Below the pieces are notes generated by a model. The model was not told the DNA's origin. It saw only the letters and a program-made list of their open reading frames with translations, and made no database searches. A program made the position numbers and the translations under genes. This document shows, piece after piece, positions 1 to 10,520 of a DNA stretch of 64,000 nt. Position 1 is the first letter of the stretch; every line of letters starts with the position of its first letter. This DNA is from an uncultured bacterium (lineage in GTDB: Bacteria; Hydrothermota; Hydrothermia; B15-G9; WFZT01), in the NCBI GenBank assembly GCA_964398355.1, contig CAYNMM010000030.1, positions 2,264-66,263 on the forward strand, in the 5' to 3' direction.

Positions 1-1414
1 TTTCGTTCAGAATTTTTGCAAGGGCCTTGATCGGGTCCTCCGAGTCTTCCGGAAGCCCCGCACTTTTTAAAATGTTTTTAATCGCGGAACTTATTCTGGA
101 CTTCTCTTTCTCAAATTTGTCTTTTAACTTTTTAAGCTCATCCTCTGTGTGGATGTACTCAGTTTTTAAAGAACTTATACGGGATTCAAGACCAAGGAGT
201 TTTTCATCCTGAGGTGAAAGTTTAAGCCTGACAATTTTTGACTTTACATCTTCTAAGTCACTTTTGATTTTACTTAGATCCTTCAACTGCTTCTGGTATC
301 TACTGACATCTGCATTTAAACCACTCAGTTTTTTTCTGAGCTCCTGAAGAGTTTTAAGCTTTTCTTTCGCTTTTCTTGCATTTTCAATCCTGAGTCGGAG
401 CTCCGATTGAACTTCAGGGTATTCTCTGTGGATGAAATCTTCCCACTCCTTTTTCTTCTTCTCAAATTGTGGTTTGAGACTTAAAAGCTGAATTTCCAGA
501 CCGTTTACTTTGACTTCAAGTTCAACCTTTCGTCGCTTTGAATCCTCTATTGTACTGACAAATATGGCGTAGGGAGACAGTTTTTCGGCGATTTCAAGCT
601 TTTCTCGAAGTTTTTTTATTTCGGACTCCTTCTGTTTTAGACTTTCAATTTCTTTTTCTATTTCCTTTTTTTCACTCAAAAGTTCCGCAAGTTTTTCAAG
701 GGTTTTTAGTCTTTTTTCCAGTTTTTCTCTCTCTTCTTTGAGTTTTGCAATCTCTCTTTTAATTTTTTCTTGTTCTTCGATAAGTTCCTTAATTTTTTCT
801 TCAGTCAAATCTTTCATCTCATCGTAAGATTTCTGGAAGGTTTCGATATTACCTCTTACAACATCTCTTCGAGTTTTCACTGCGTTAAAAAGTTTTTCAC
901 CATAAATATCGGTGCCAAAAATTTTCCCCAAAATCCTTGTCTTCTCTGCCGGGCCGGCATCGAGGAATTTTGAGAATTTTCCCTGTGGTAAGATTACAAC
1001 TTTTGTAAAGTCATCAAAATCCAGCCCGATGATTTTTTCTCGGATGTATTCATTTATGTCCCGTGCCTTATCAGCCAGAGGTTTCTTTGAATAATCAACA
1101 TACTCATACAAAGCCTGGGTTTTGGCGTTTCCGTTTACAAACTCGCGATAGACTTCGTACAATCTCCCGTTCATTTCAAATTTAAATCTAACGTAAATCC
1201 TGCCAACTGACGGATTTGTCACCTCGGATATGGAATTTAGTCTGTCTGTTCGGCTATAAAGCGCAATAGTGATAGCATCGAGGATCGTTGTTTTCCCGGC
1301 ACCGGTTTCACCAAAGATGCCAAAGATACCTTTTTCGTGAAGTTTTTTAAAGTCAATTCGTGCTTCATCCGTGTAACTGTTTATACCACGAAAAACAAGT
1401 TCAACTGGTCTCAT
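1..1414 (-). CDS. sbcC: SbcC/Rad50-type DSB repair ATPase, N-terminal part (gene runs off the 5' edge of the window)
   Basis: The reverse complement of 1..1414 translates as MRPVELVFRGINSY...FGIFGETGAGKTTILDAITIALY, which is a Walker A motif in an SbcC-like N-terminus. It is followed by long KE-rich coiled-coil sequence. The ATG at 1412-1414 has a GAGGT Shine-Dalgarno sequence and overlaps the sbcD stop. There is no stop before position 1. Confidence 0.75.
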   Translation of the reverse strand, partial: MRPVELVFRGINSYTDEARIDFKKLHEKGIFGIFGETGAGKTTILDAITIALYSRTDRLNSISEVTNPSVGRIYVRFKFEMNGRLYEVYREFVNGNAKTQALYEYVDYSKKPLADKARDINEYIREKIIGLDFDDFTKVVILPQGKFSKFLDAGPAEKTRILGKIFGTDIYGEKLFNAVKTRRDVVRGNIETFQKSYDEMKDLTEEKIKELIEEQEKIKREIAKLKEEREKLEKRLKTLEKLAELLSEKKEIEKEIESLKQKESEIKKLREKLEIAEKLSPYAIFVSTIEDSKRRKVELEVKVNGLEIQLLSLKPQFEKKKKEWEDFIHREYPEVQSELRLRIENARKAKEKLKTLQELRKKLSGLNADVSRYQKQLKDLSKIKSDLEDVKSKIVRLKLSPQDEKLLGLESRISSLKTEYIHTEDELKKLKDKFEKEKSRISSAIKNILKSAGLPEDSEDPIKALAKILNE

Positions 1415-2615
1415 TCCTAACCTCATTTAATATTTCAAGATAAAGCTTTATAAGATCTTCGTCCGGCTCTTTATTCATTTGCTTCTGGTAAAATTCAATG
1501 AAGAGCTCTCTATCTGTAAGTTTCTCTGGTTTAATTTTCGAGAAATATTCATCTTCCGTGTCAGGAGGACTGCCAAATGTGATTCCAAGCAATTTGCCTT
1601 TCAGTCGTTTTAGAACCTCTGAAAGTGAAGTTTGGTCATTGAGAGGTCTGGATATTTCTATGAAAATCAAACCCTCTGGTTCTTCAAGATTTTCAAGGGC
1701 ATCCCTGATAGTTTCAAACTTTTCAATTCTTATATACTCCTCGGGTAAAATTTCTATAAGCTCCCGCTCAAATCTGCCATCATATAACTCAAAAACTGTA
1801 ACGTACTTGGCAGGAGATACCTCAACTTCTCTCACATTCATGGGAAATATCGAGCCAGAGTAGAAGATTTTCTCATTAATCTGCTGAGTTCTGTGCAGAT
1901 GCCCAAGTAGTACGAGTGAAAATTGCTCGGGTATCCTTGATGTCTCAAATGTATAGGATGATCCAAGAATAAGGGTTTTCTCGGATCCCCCGAGTATTCC
2001 TCTGTCCACAAAGATATGAGACACAAGTATTAAATGATGCTGCTCGAATGGAGAATTTTTTGAAATGAGTGTTTCAAGCTTCTCATTGTATGAAACTGTC
2101 TTATCGAGGAGTGAGTTTCCCGTGAAAATTTCGTTTAGTCTTGACTCTGACACATAGGGCAGCAGGTAAAATGTGGCGCTTTCTCCTGTAGGAAGCTGAA
2201 TATTAAGCCAGTTCCCCTTTGACTGAGCAGTGAAATATTTTGATTTGTATTCGCGGTTTTGAATAATTTCTGCACCGGGCAGGTGCTGAATCAAAATACC
2301 AAATTCCTCAGAGAGAGGTTTTATGGCTGCAAGTCCCTCCGGAGAATCATGATTGCCTGATATGATTATCACCGCTCTCTCACCCTTACGAGAAAGTTCA
2401 AGGATTGTTCGGTTGAATAGTCGACGTGCCTCATTGGGAGGATTGTAGGAATCAAAAACATCTCCGGCTATAACAACAACGTCGACTCTTTCCTCATTTG
2501 CAATTTTTACAATTTTTTCCAGTAATTTTTCCTGCTCTCCAAGAAGAGAAAAGTTTATCTGAGACTGTTCAAACACTTTGCCGAGATGCCAGTCAGCGGT
2601 ATGAAGAATTTTCAT
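1401..2615 (-). CDS. sbcD: SbcD/Mre11-type nuclease
   Basis: The ORF translation starts MKILHTADWHLGK. Calcineurin-like phosphoesterase motifs are present (GDVFD, GNHD, GHLH). It lies immediately upstream of sbcC with overlap. Confidence 0.85.
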   Translation of the reverse strand: MKILHTADWHLGKVFEQSQINFSLLGEQEKLLEKIVKIANEERVDVVVIAGDVFDSYNPPNEARRLFNRTILELSRKGERAVIIISGNHDSPEGLAAIKPLSEEFGILIQHLPGAEIIQNREYKSKYFTAQSKGNWLNIQLPTGESATFYLLPYVSESRLNEIFTGNSLLDKTVSYNEKLETLISKNSPFEQHHLILVSHIFVDRGILGGSEKTLILGSSYTFETSRIPEQFSLVLLGHLHRTQQINEKIFYSGSIFPMNVREVEVSPAKYVTVFELYDGRFERELIEILPEEYIRIEKFETIRDALENLEEPEGLIFIEISRPLNDQTSLSEVLKRLKGKLLGITFGSPPDTEDEYFSKIKPEKLTDRELFIEFYQKQMNKEPDEDLIKLYLEILNEVRNETS

Positions 2616-5452
2616 TTGCTACCTCCGTACTCTACACCGCAAAATTCTTTGTACGGGCAGTATTTACAAAAATTAGCGTCTGAATCATCCATTTCAAACG
2701 GTATTTCTGGATTATAGATTTCATCAATAATAGTATTTAATGCCTCCTTTAATCTGGATGCAATCAATTGTCTATCAACGCTGTTTGAAGGAAAGAGCCT
2801 GACTTCATTCTCCTTTCCAGTTCTAAGCGTTATGAGTCTGGCATTAACCTGTGAGTAATCGGAAATTTTAAAGTGTCGCATATATAGTTCAAGATAAACA
2901 GGTAACTGGAAGCTATCGGTAATTTTCTTCGCAATTTTTCGGTCAGAAATGAGGGCTATTTTCTTCGCATTTTTGGGTTTAAATGGTTTTTTACCTGAGA
3001 TAGATTCACTTTTATAGTCAGTGATAAAAGTTTCATTTCCTATCTTTTCAATCCTGTCAGCTCTGCCTACAAACTTCACAGAGTTAAGGCCAGTATTGTA
3101 TTCGCCAAAGAGATTGTATTCAAGAGCAAGGATTATCCTCTTTTCTCCACTTAATTCGTTTTTCTCCCTTCTTAGAAAGTTCAGCAACAATTTCTCAGTT
3201 GCTCTTTTAACGAGTATGGCCATACCCCATTTTTCTGGAAAATTTTTTTTGAATTCTTCATCAATCACGCGAAGAAGAGTTTCCTCCGTTAGAACGTTCT
3301 CATAATCTGCCTCCTTCCCTTCCAATATTTTGTAAAATCTATAGAGAATTTTGTGTGCAAGTCGACCTATTTCAAGTTTTTCAATTTCATCGCTAACTTC
3401 TTGCTTTCTTAGTCTCAGAACATAGGTATAGTAGAATCTCAGTGGGCATTTAAGGTAGGTATCAATGGAAGTAGGGCTCAAGACGGCCCCTCTTAGTATT
3501 TCCAAGATCTCGGGTGTTTTTTCTATAACCCTTGGCTCGAACTTTCTCAAGTTCAGATTGAAAAATCTTTTCTCGACGATTGAATCTTCAAGGAGTTTGC
3601 CTGATTCTTTTTCATTCTCCCATATTAACTCTTCAATGTATCGACTCCTTGAAGTTTTCTTATTATCGATGTAAAGAAGGAATGCATTCTCTGATGAATA
3701 ATAGAGTCTTTTGAAATGGTACCTATATATTTCTTCTGTCCTCCGATAGTCAGGAAGACCAAGATTCAGTCTAAGTGGTGACGGTAAAATTGGATTAATC
3801 TCAGGTTCACCAGGCACGACCCCTTCATTTAAATCGAGATAAATAATGTTTTTGAAATTTATACCTCTGGCTTCAAGGGAGCCGAGAACCTGTATTCCTT
3901 TGACCGGTGTACCTTCAAATGCAACCCTTGCTTCTTTTAATCGATAAAGAAAGATGCCAAAAATACTGTGACTATCAAATTTCTCGTCTGCAAAGTAGAA
4001 TTCACCAATCTTTCGAACAGTTTCATAGAATTTTTTCATAAATTCAAGGTTTAGACTATAACTACTTAAAGTACTATGTTCGAGTAGGAAATCGGCAGAA
4101 TTTTGAAGTGCTTTTTTAAGTTTGTTAAATGTATTTATCTCCTCAAAACTGTAGAAAAACAAATCAAGAACCCTGATGAACTTTTCAATTATCTCCTCAT
4201 AAATTCCCGGGTCTTTTATAACCATGGAAATAGACCTGAAGATTTTTTCCAGCAACGAATTGTCATGAAGATCAATAATCACAACTTCATTATCGTTTAC
4301 AAATTCTTCAAAAGTGTGAACTGCAATTCTGAAGGGAGTAGTGTCACCTTTGATCTTGATATTTTTTACAAACGGATGTGTTAAAACTTTCAAAACATCG
4401 CGTCTCAAATAGACATCAGTTCTATTATCTTGTGCTCTAAAAACAGATTCATACAGCGAAATAAGAGGAGTTCGTTTCAACGGATATCCCATTGCAATAT
4501 TGAAGTCACGGTCAAAATGGCCAACAGACTGATAGATCAAAGGTATCAAACTCTCAGTTTTTGGTACAATTATTGCCAGTTCACCCGGTTCGTTTGTGAG
4601 ATGAGGAATCAACTCTTCTAAAATATCTCTTACCTTAGCCATCTCAGAATGCAGGTCAAATCCGGCGAAAATTTTTGTACCGGGGTTTCTGGCTTCTTCT
4701 TTCACTATTTCAGCAGGGAAGGCAAGACCCTTTTTCACATCCTGCAAAATAGTCCAATCCTCCGGATTCCCCTGAAAGACAATAATTCCTTTTTCTGCAT
4801 CGAGGATTCGCTTAACAATTTTTAACTGGGAGGCCGTGAGGGCGAAAAAACCACCAAAGATTGTGAATTTTTCTGGTATTGCTGTGTTATCCTCAGCTGC
4901 AAGTCTATAAAGTAGACCAGGGGAATATAAATTTGCGTCGATCAATCTCTCATTGTACGTGTCTTTGATTTCTTTGATGTGCTCCCATATTTGAATTATC
5001 CGATTTGGAATTATATCCTCGTCCAATTCAACATAATCCCTGATTTGTTCCAGCTGTTGATCTTCTACAAGCTCTTGATCAAGTTCATTAAAGAGTCTGT
5101 ACAGGTTAATTGCCCACGGATAGAATTCCTCGAAAGAGGGTACCTCCACAAAATTGGAAACAGTTTCATAGATTATCCATGCGGCATTCAACGGATCGAT
5201 GGGTCTTTTTATCCCATACTTGTCAAGCACAAGAGTCTGAATAAAATTGTCGGCCTCGAAAATTTTAGGTGGATAGAAAGCACCACCAATCTTCTGAAAA
5301 AGGACTTTTCTTAGGAAATGGCCGGGTCTTTTACCAGGAAAAACAACATTAACATCTGATAAATTGGATCCTTTTGGTGCCTTTTCGAGTACTGCATTAG
5401 CCACATATTCTATAAGATCTGAATGGATTGGTATGAAAACGACTCTTTTCAC
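2612..5452 (-). CDS. addB: AddB/RexB-like helicase-nuclease subunit B (PD-(D/E)XK nuclease with C-terminal Cys cluster; no intact Walker A)
   Basis: 946 aa. The C-terminus (DSDANFCKYCPYKEFCGVEYG) is typical of the Fe-S containing RecB-family nuclease domain of AddB. The N-terminus shows no G-x-x-G-x-GKT motif. It overlaps the upstream addA-like gene by 4 nt. Confidence 0.55.
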   Translation of the reverse strand: MKRVVFIPIHSDLIEYVANAVLEKAPKGSNLSDVNVVFPGKRPGHFLRKVLFQKIGGAFYPPKIFEADNFIQTLVLDKYGIKRPIDPLNAAWIIYETVSNFVEVPSFEEFYPWAINLYRLFNELDQELVEDQQLEQIRDYVELDEDIIPNRIIQIWEHIKEIKDTYNERLIDANLYSPGLLYRLAAEDNTAIPEKFTIFGGFFALTASQLKIVKRILDAEKGIIVFQGNPEDWTILQDVKKGLAFPAEIVKEEARNPGTKIFAGFDLHSEMAKVRDILEELIPHLTNEPGELAIIVPKTESLIPLIYQSVGHFDRDFNIAMGYPLKRTPLISLYESVFRAQDNRTDVYLRRDVLKVLTHPFVKNIKIKGDTTPFRIAVHTFEEFVNDNEVVIIDLHDNSLLEKIFRSISMVIKDPGIYEEIIEKFIRVLDLFFYSFEEINTFNKLKKALQNSADFLLEHSTLSSYSLNLEFMKKFYETVRKIGEFYFADEKFDSHSIFGIFLYRLKEARVAFEGTPVKGIQVLGSLEARGINFKNIIYLDLNEGVVPGEPEINPILPSPLRLNLGLPDYRRTEEIYRYHFKRLYYSSENAFLLYIDNKKTSRSRYIEELIWENEKESGKLLEDSIVEKRFFNLNLRKFEPRVIEKTPEILEILRGAVLSPTSIDTYLKCPLRFYYTYVLRLRKQEVSDEIEKLEIGRLAHKILYRFYKILEGKEADYENVLTEETLLRVIDEEFKKNFPEKWGMAILVKRATEKLLLNFLRREKNELSGEKRIILALEYNLFGEYNTGLNSVKFVGRADRIEKIGNETFITDYKSESISGKKPFKPKNAKKIALISDRKIAKKITDSFQLPVYLELYMRHFKISDYSQVNARLITLRTGKENEVRLFPSNSVDRQLIASRLKEALNTIIDEIYNPEIPFEMDDSDANFCKYCPYKEFCGVEYGGSK

Positions 5453-5454
5453 TT

Positions 5455-8400
5455 TTAAACCTCCACCACCTTTACGTCATCGAAATAGATAATGTAGCCC
5501 TTCACTTCTCTGTCAGGATGCAATTTTTCGATAGTTCTCACATACTTGAGTACTTGATGTTTGTGTTTTGAAATTTCCGGTTCTCCAGTTTTAAACTCCA
5601 CAACCTCGATCCTGTTGTCTCTCACAACGATCCTATCGATTCTTAGATGTTCACCATTTTCACTGAAAATTTCCTTTTCCGTGTAAATTTCTCCGCCTGA
5701 AAAAAATTTTTGGATTACAGGATCTCCAAAGAATGTTTCAAAGCTTTTTAATAGTTCATCTTCATCAATACTTGAAAAGCCAAGTTCATGAATTGTTGTG
5801 CTGACAATTTCTTTCATGTAGGTGAGGAAATGCAGTTCTCCAGGTTTAAAGCTTAGTGTCTCGATCCTGGCAAGAACCCTGTGAATTAAATCTCCCCTTC
5901 TAACCGGCTCTTTTAACTCAAAAGGCTTTGTAATAGTATTCGCAAGATGATCGTACCAATTTTTCAGCTTATATCCAGCCCATGAGTACCGTTTCTTTCT
6001 TCTTCTTTCACTTTTCGCGGGTGAGTTTACAGGTTCACCGTACTCAGGAAATTCTTCGAATAGTCTCTTAAAATCATTATTCTGAGGGAAGTACACATAT
6101 AGCTCTGATCTGGCACGGGTCGCAGCAACATAAAGGCTATTTAGCTCGTCAATGGTTTCGAGAGCAATTGTCTCTTTGTGAATTGAGTCAAGTATTTTGT
6201 TGAACTCAGTAAATATTTTTTCCGATTTAAAGACGTAGGATTTATCTCCTCTATTGTAAAATTTGATGCTCCTTCTACCTCTCCTTTTTGAACGTACAGG
6301 CCATGTAACCACAACATCAAATTCGAGTCCTTTGGCGCTATGAACCGTGGAAACAACCACAGCGTCACCATTCTCGGGTGTATCCAGACTGAAAATATCT
6401 CTCGGAGCATTGTGAATTCTCTCGAGTATATCTTTCAGCGACAATGCACCATTTTCTTCAAGGTTGTACGTTATTTCCATGAATTTTTGTATAAAAGCCT
6501 CTGCCTCTGTGTAGTTCTCAAAAAGTTTTAACTTTTCTGTTATCTGCCATAAGAGATCATAAGGTGGTAAATAGCCCACAGATTTGAAGAGTTCGTCAAG
6601 ATACATCTCCCAGATATGCGGGAAATCATTTCTAAACTCTCTATAGAGCGGATTTTCCTGTAACTCCCTTTTCTGAAGTAGCCAATCTTCAAATTCCAAG
6701 TGTGTGAGTTTCTCAAAAGGTTCAGATGAAATAAACTTTGCGAAGGATAGATTGTCCGGGGGAAAATCCAGAAATTCAAGCAAGTTTATGATTGCCCTTA
6801 TGACGTAATGATTTCTAACATCAAGATTTGCTCTTGAAATAACTGGAATGCCTTTCATCAACAGATATTTGGAAACAAACTCAACATGGGCATTTGTTCT
6901 TAAAAGAATGGCAATATTACTATAGCCAAATCTTTCAATTAGGTCTGGCAAAATCTCCTCCAGCCATTCGATAAAAGACTCCTTCTCATTTTTTCCGGTG
7001 GCAACTTTTACTCTTATATAGCCTCCATCCTCTTTGTTTGGATCCTGTATAGAATCTTTGTAAACATCCTTCACACGTTTAAATGTATCCAGATCGAGAA
7101 GAGGAGCAGATCGTTTTCCTTTATCAGGGGCTGGCTCAGTTAACTTTTTAAGATTCTCGACCCGGAAGACTTTATTATTGTAGTCAACTATATTCTTCCT
7201 GCTTCTCCAATTTCGTCTTAGAATCAAAGGATAAATTGTAAATCCAGGGAACCTTTCTGGTGGAAATGAAAAGGTTCTGAAGGAACTTCCCCGATATCTG
7301 TAAAGAAGTTGCTTGAGATCACCGACATAGAAAAGTGAACCGCCATTAGCAAGTGCATTCTCAATGAGAGGCTCTATGTTTGCCCACTGTAACTCACTTG
7401 TATCCTGAAACTCGTCAATTAAATAGTGCCTGATACTCTCACCAAGTTTGTAATAAATCCATGTTGGACTTGCTTCCTCCAAAAATCTGTTAATCCTAAG
7501 ATTTAATTCACTAAGAAGAATTAACCGATTTCGCCTCTTTAACCTTTCAACTTCCTCTCTTGTGAGTCGATAAAGCTCAAAGACATTTTTTATCCCATGC
7601 GTCATGGTAGAAATGGAGAGTTCCCCCAGTTTTTTCTCCAACCTTTCTCTAAGTTTTGAATCTTTGATGCCTTTGAGTATCTTTCTCTTGGAAAATGTTT
7701 TAAGGATGTTTTCAGGATTTCTGTCACCTCTGAGAATCAGCTTCAAACTCTCTTGACCCTTCTCTGAAATGGATACAGGATTGGCAAGGATTTCTTTTAT
7801 GACATCGATTAATTCCTGTACGATTTTTTCAAGGGACCCTGAGGGGAGCGTTTTAATCTCCATTGAATAAGTGTTTTCAAACTCGAAGAACTCCTGGATC
7901 AAATTTCTTGCTTGATCCCAAGGCCTAAAATTATCGTTAATGGATCTATCGATAAATTCAAAGAAGACCTTTTTTATTCCATCATCCTCAGCTACTCTTG
8001 AAATTAAGTGGGAAAATGCAAGATCAATAATTTCGGTATAATTTGAAACGATTTCGTATTCAGGGGGAAGTCCAAGTTCATAAGTGGATGCACGTATAAT
8101 CAAGTTTACAAAGCTGTCAATGGTTTTAATCCTGAACTCGTCATAGTTTGATATGATGTGATCAACCAATTTTCCAGCTTTCTGGATCAAATTTTTGGTG
8201 GTAGTTATGCGTTGAATCTGATCAATAAGCTGTTTATCGGATTTTAGATAAATGGATTTTAGGAAGAGGAGGATTCTCCTCTTCATTTCTTCGGTTGCTG
8301 CGTTTGTGAATGTAATAGCAAGGATCTGACCCGGTGAATTATCTTTAATGATATCGGAGAGAAGGAATTGGAGGAATCTCAATGATAGGATGTAGGTTTT

Positions 8401-8481
8401 ACCACTTCCAGCGGAGGCGTGGACCTGCATTATATGAGGGAATTTAAGCTCTGAATCTTTAGGTAGCTCCTGCAAAGTCAT
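5455..8481 (-). CDS. addA: AddA/RecB-like UvrD-family helicase with C-terminal PD-(D/E)XK nuclease
   Basis: 1008 aa. The N-terminus carries a Walker A motif (QVHASAGSGKTYIL), and UvrD-like motifs run through the protein. The C-terminus (HLRIDRIVVRDNRIEVVEFKTGE) resembles a RecB nuclease motif. Confidence 0.7.
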   Translation of the reverse strand: MTLQELPKDSELKFPHIMQVHASAGSGKTYILSLRFLQFLLSDIIKDNSPGQILAITFTNAATEEMKRRILLFLKSIYLKSDKQLIDQIQRITTTKNLIQKAGKLVDHIISNYDEFRIKTIDSFVNLIIRASTYELGLPPEYEIVSNYTEIIDLAFSHLISRVAEDDGIKKVFFEFIDRSINDNFRPWDQARNLIQEFFEFENTYSMEIKTLPSGSLEKIVQELIDVIKEILANPVSISEKGQESLKLILRGDRNPENILKTFSKRKILKGIKDSKLRERLEKKLGELSISTMTHGIKNVFELYRLTREEVERLKRRNRLILLSELNLRINRFLEEASPTWIYYKLGESIRHYLIDEFQDTSELQWANIEPLIENALANGGSLFYVGDLKQLLYRYRGSSFRTFSFPPERFPGFTIYPLILRRNWRSRKNIVDYNNKVFRVENLKKLTEPAPDKGKRSAPLLDLDTFKRVKDVYKDSIQDPNKEDGGYIRVKVATGKNEKESFIEWLEEILPDLIERFGYSNIAILLRTNAHVEFVSKYLLMKGIPVISRANLDVRNHYVIRAIINLLEFLDFPPDNLSFAKFISSEPFEKLTHLEFEDWLLQKRELQENPLYREFRNDFPHIWEMYLDELFKSVGYLPPYDLLWQITEKLKLFENYTEAEAFIQKFMEITYNLEENGALSLKDILERIHNAPRDIFSLDTPENGDAVVVSTVHSAKGLEFDVVVTWPVRSKRRGRRSIKFYNRGDKSYVFKSEKIFTEFNKILDSIHKETIALETIDELNSLYVAATRARSELYVYFPQNNDFKRLFEEFPEYGEPVNSPAKSERRRKKRYSWAGYKLKNWYDHLANTITKPFELKEPVRRGDLIHRVLARIETLSFKPGELHFLTYMKEIVSTTIHELGFSSIDEDELLKSFETFFGDPVIQKFFSGGEIYTEKEIFSENGEHLRIDRIVVRDNRIEVVEFKTGEPEISKHKHQVLKYVRTIEKLHPDREVKGYIIYFDDVKVVEV

Positions 8482-8539
8482 GCTGTTTATAATGATAATG
8501 TTGAGGGGTGAATATTGGAATTGTTTTGGAGAGGGGGAT

Positions 8540-8572
8540 GGTGAGGGCGGCGCCTAAGGCGCCGCCCTCACC
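8540..8572 (-). terminator. GC-rich perfect hairpin (15-bp stem, 3-nt loop), probable mdh terminator and boundary of the addA operon
   Basis: The sequence GGTGAGGGCGGCGCC-taa-GGCGCCGCCCTCACC can be read directly. It sits 10 nt downstream of the mdh stop. Confidence 0.55.
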
Positions 8573-8581
8573 TATTCATTC

Positions 8582-9526
8582 TCATGCAAATTTTTCAAAA
8601 AGTTTATCGACTTCCTCTTCAAGCTTTTTGACATGGTCCGCAGAAGTCTTCAGTGCAGCAAGCTCCTCATCCGTAAGCTTGAGCTCAAGAACTTTCTCTG
8701 CCCCACCTGCTCCAAGAACTACTGGAACTCCTATAAATACATCCTTTATGCCATATTCACCATCAAGGTAAACTGATGTTGGGATGACCCTCTTCTTGTC
8801 TCTGATGATAGACTCAACCATGATAGCAACCGAGGCCCCCGGAGCATAGTAAGCACTTCCAGTCTTGAGAAGTGATACAATCTCTCCACCGCCTTTTCTT
8901 GTTCTCTCAACAAGCCTATCAATCGTTTCTTTATCCAACAACTCTGTAATAGGGATTCCAGAAACAGATGCAAATCTTGGCAGAGGAACCATCAGGTCAC
9001 CATGTGTTCCCATAACCATAGCCTGCACGTCTTCAGGTGAGACACCCAGTTCCATAGCGATGAATGCCCTGAATCTTGTTGCATCAAGGGCACCGGCCAT
9101 TCCCATAACTCTGTTCCTCTCAAATCCAAGCACCTTATAGGTTGTGTATACCATTGCATCAAGGGGATTTGTGACAACGATAACATAAGCATTAGGTGCA
9201 TATTTTTTAATCTGTTCTGCTATTCCTTTGACAATGTTAAAGTTCTTTTCGAGAAGGTCTTCACGGCTCATTCCTGGCTTTCTTGGAAGTCCCGCTGTGA
9301 TTATGACAACATCAGAATCTTTGATGTCTTCATAGTTGTTGGTTCCTTTAGCAAAATAGCTATAACCCAGAAGTGGAGCAGCCTCAGCCATATCAAGAGC
9401 TTTGCCCTGCGGCATTCCCTCTACGATATCGACAAGAACAATGTCTCCAAGCTCCCTGGCGAGCATTTCTCTAACAGCCTGCTCCCCCACGTGACCTGCT
9501 CCTATCATTGAAATTTTCTTTCTCAT
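8582..9526 (-). CDS. mdh: Malate dehydrogenase (LDH-like family)
   Basis: MIGAGHVG is a Rossmann motif. PRKPGMSRED carries the Arg typical of MDH rather than LDH. VTNPLD and the catalytic H in GTHGD are present. Confidence 0.8.
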   Translation of the reverse strand: MRKKISMIGAGHVGEQAVREMLARELGDIVLVDIVEGMPQGKALDMAEAAPLLGYSYFAKGTNNYEDIKDSDVVIITAGLPRKPGMSREDLLEKNFNIVKGIAEQIKKYAPNAYVIVVTNPLDAMVYTTYKVLGFERNRVMGMAGALDATRFRAFIAMELGVSPEDVQAMVMGTHGDLMVPLPRFASVSGIPITELLDKETIDRLVERTRKGGGEIVSLLKTGSAYYAPGASVAIMVESIIRDKKRVIPTSVYLDGEYGIKDVFIGVPVVLGAGGAEKVLELKLTDEELAALKTSADHVKKLEEEVDKLFEKFA

Positions 9527-9662
9527 TTCATTTTACCTCCATTTAAATTTTCAATTATATTTTATTCCATTAAGCGAATATGTTCAACAAATTTAAAGTA
9601 TTCGAAATACAAATCATGAAGGATTTTTTTAAGTTCTACCTTGATTTCGGCAAGAGATTAAA

Positions 9663-10520
9663 TCAGTATCTCTCGACCGGATATCTCCAGTCCTTATCAA
9701 GGCACATCTTGGATAAGCGTGTTATTGTTGGTGGTTTCCTTTTATGCTCAGAACGAATTATTCTTCGATAAATGTCTTCAACGGATTCAATATCCAGACC
9801 GAGAATTTCAGATGTTTCACGTACAGATAGTTCAAGTTCAACAAGAGCGTAAAGGACCCTGTCTATTTCATAGTATGTGTGTCCAAGCTCTTCCTCATCC
9901 GTCTGCCCCTTCCATAGTCCTGCAGACGGTTTTTTTCTTATTATTTCGGTCGGAATCCCTATATACTCTGCGAGTTGCCAGACCTGAGTTTTATAAAGGT
10001 CACCTATTGGATAGATGTCGGCAGCCATGTCACCGAACTTGGTCCCATAGCCAAGGAGTAATTCTGTCTTATTTGATGTTCCAAGTACTATTTTACCTTC
10101 GTAATTAGCGTACATGTAGTTTATTATCATCCTGATTCTCGGCTTCACATTCGCGATCGTTAATTTTGTCCTGAAATCATTTAAATCCTGTGAAGGTAGC
10201 ATTTTTGTAAACCATTTAACGGCTTCATTAATAGAGATGTATCTGTAGTTGATACCCCTTGATCTCACAAGATTTAAAGCATCTTCGATATCGTTCTCAG
10301 GGGATATTCCTTCTTCAGGCATAATTATTGCGGTTAAATCGTCTCCCAGTACCTCATGGGCAAGTGCCACGACAAGAGAAGAATCTATTCCACCAGAAAG
10401 GGCTACAACACCTCCATTCGCTCCAATCTTTGAGATACGAGTTAAAATTGATTTTTGAATAATCTTTTTAAAGATTGATAACTCTTCTTGATTTAATCTA
10501 ATATCTATTTCCTGGTTCAT
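9663..10520 (-). CDS. nadE: NAD+ synthetase, synthetase (PP-loop ATPase) domain as a separate polypeptide
   Basis: SGGIDSS is the PP-loop. The protein is 285 aa. Its ATG overlaps the stop of the upstream nitrilase-domain gene (ATGA). Confidence 0.8.
   Translation of the reverse strand: MNQEIDIRLNQEELSIFKKIIQKSILTRISKIGANGGVVALSGGIDSSLVVALAHEVLGDDLTAIIMPEEGISPENDIEDALNLVRSRGINYRYISINEAVKWFTKMLPSQDLNDFRTKLTIANVKPRIRMIINYMYANYEGKIVLGTSNKTELLLGYGTKFGDMAADIYPIGDLYKTQVWQLAEYIGIPTEIIRKKPSAGLWKGQTDEEELGHTYYEIDRVLYALVELELSVRETSEILGLDIESVEDIYRRIIRSEHKRKPPTITRLSKMCLDKDWRYPVERY

Noticed and set aside
1-8481. I considered the addA/addB/sbcD/sbcC block as a novel anti-phage system, because defence systems such as Gabija and Lamassu also combine a helicase-nuclease with an SMC-like component.
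   Set aside because: The motifs and architecture are those of housekeeping AddAB and SbcCD. The genes sit among core metabolism genes with no mobile or defence neighbours.
8508-8771. Plus-strand ORFs inside or opposite annotated genes, for example 8508-8771, 36627-36902, 52930-53466 and 58971-59459.
   Set aside because: They lie antisense to, or overlap, strongly supported genes. They have low-complexity or biased composition typical of antisense frames, and no RBS or motifs.
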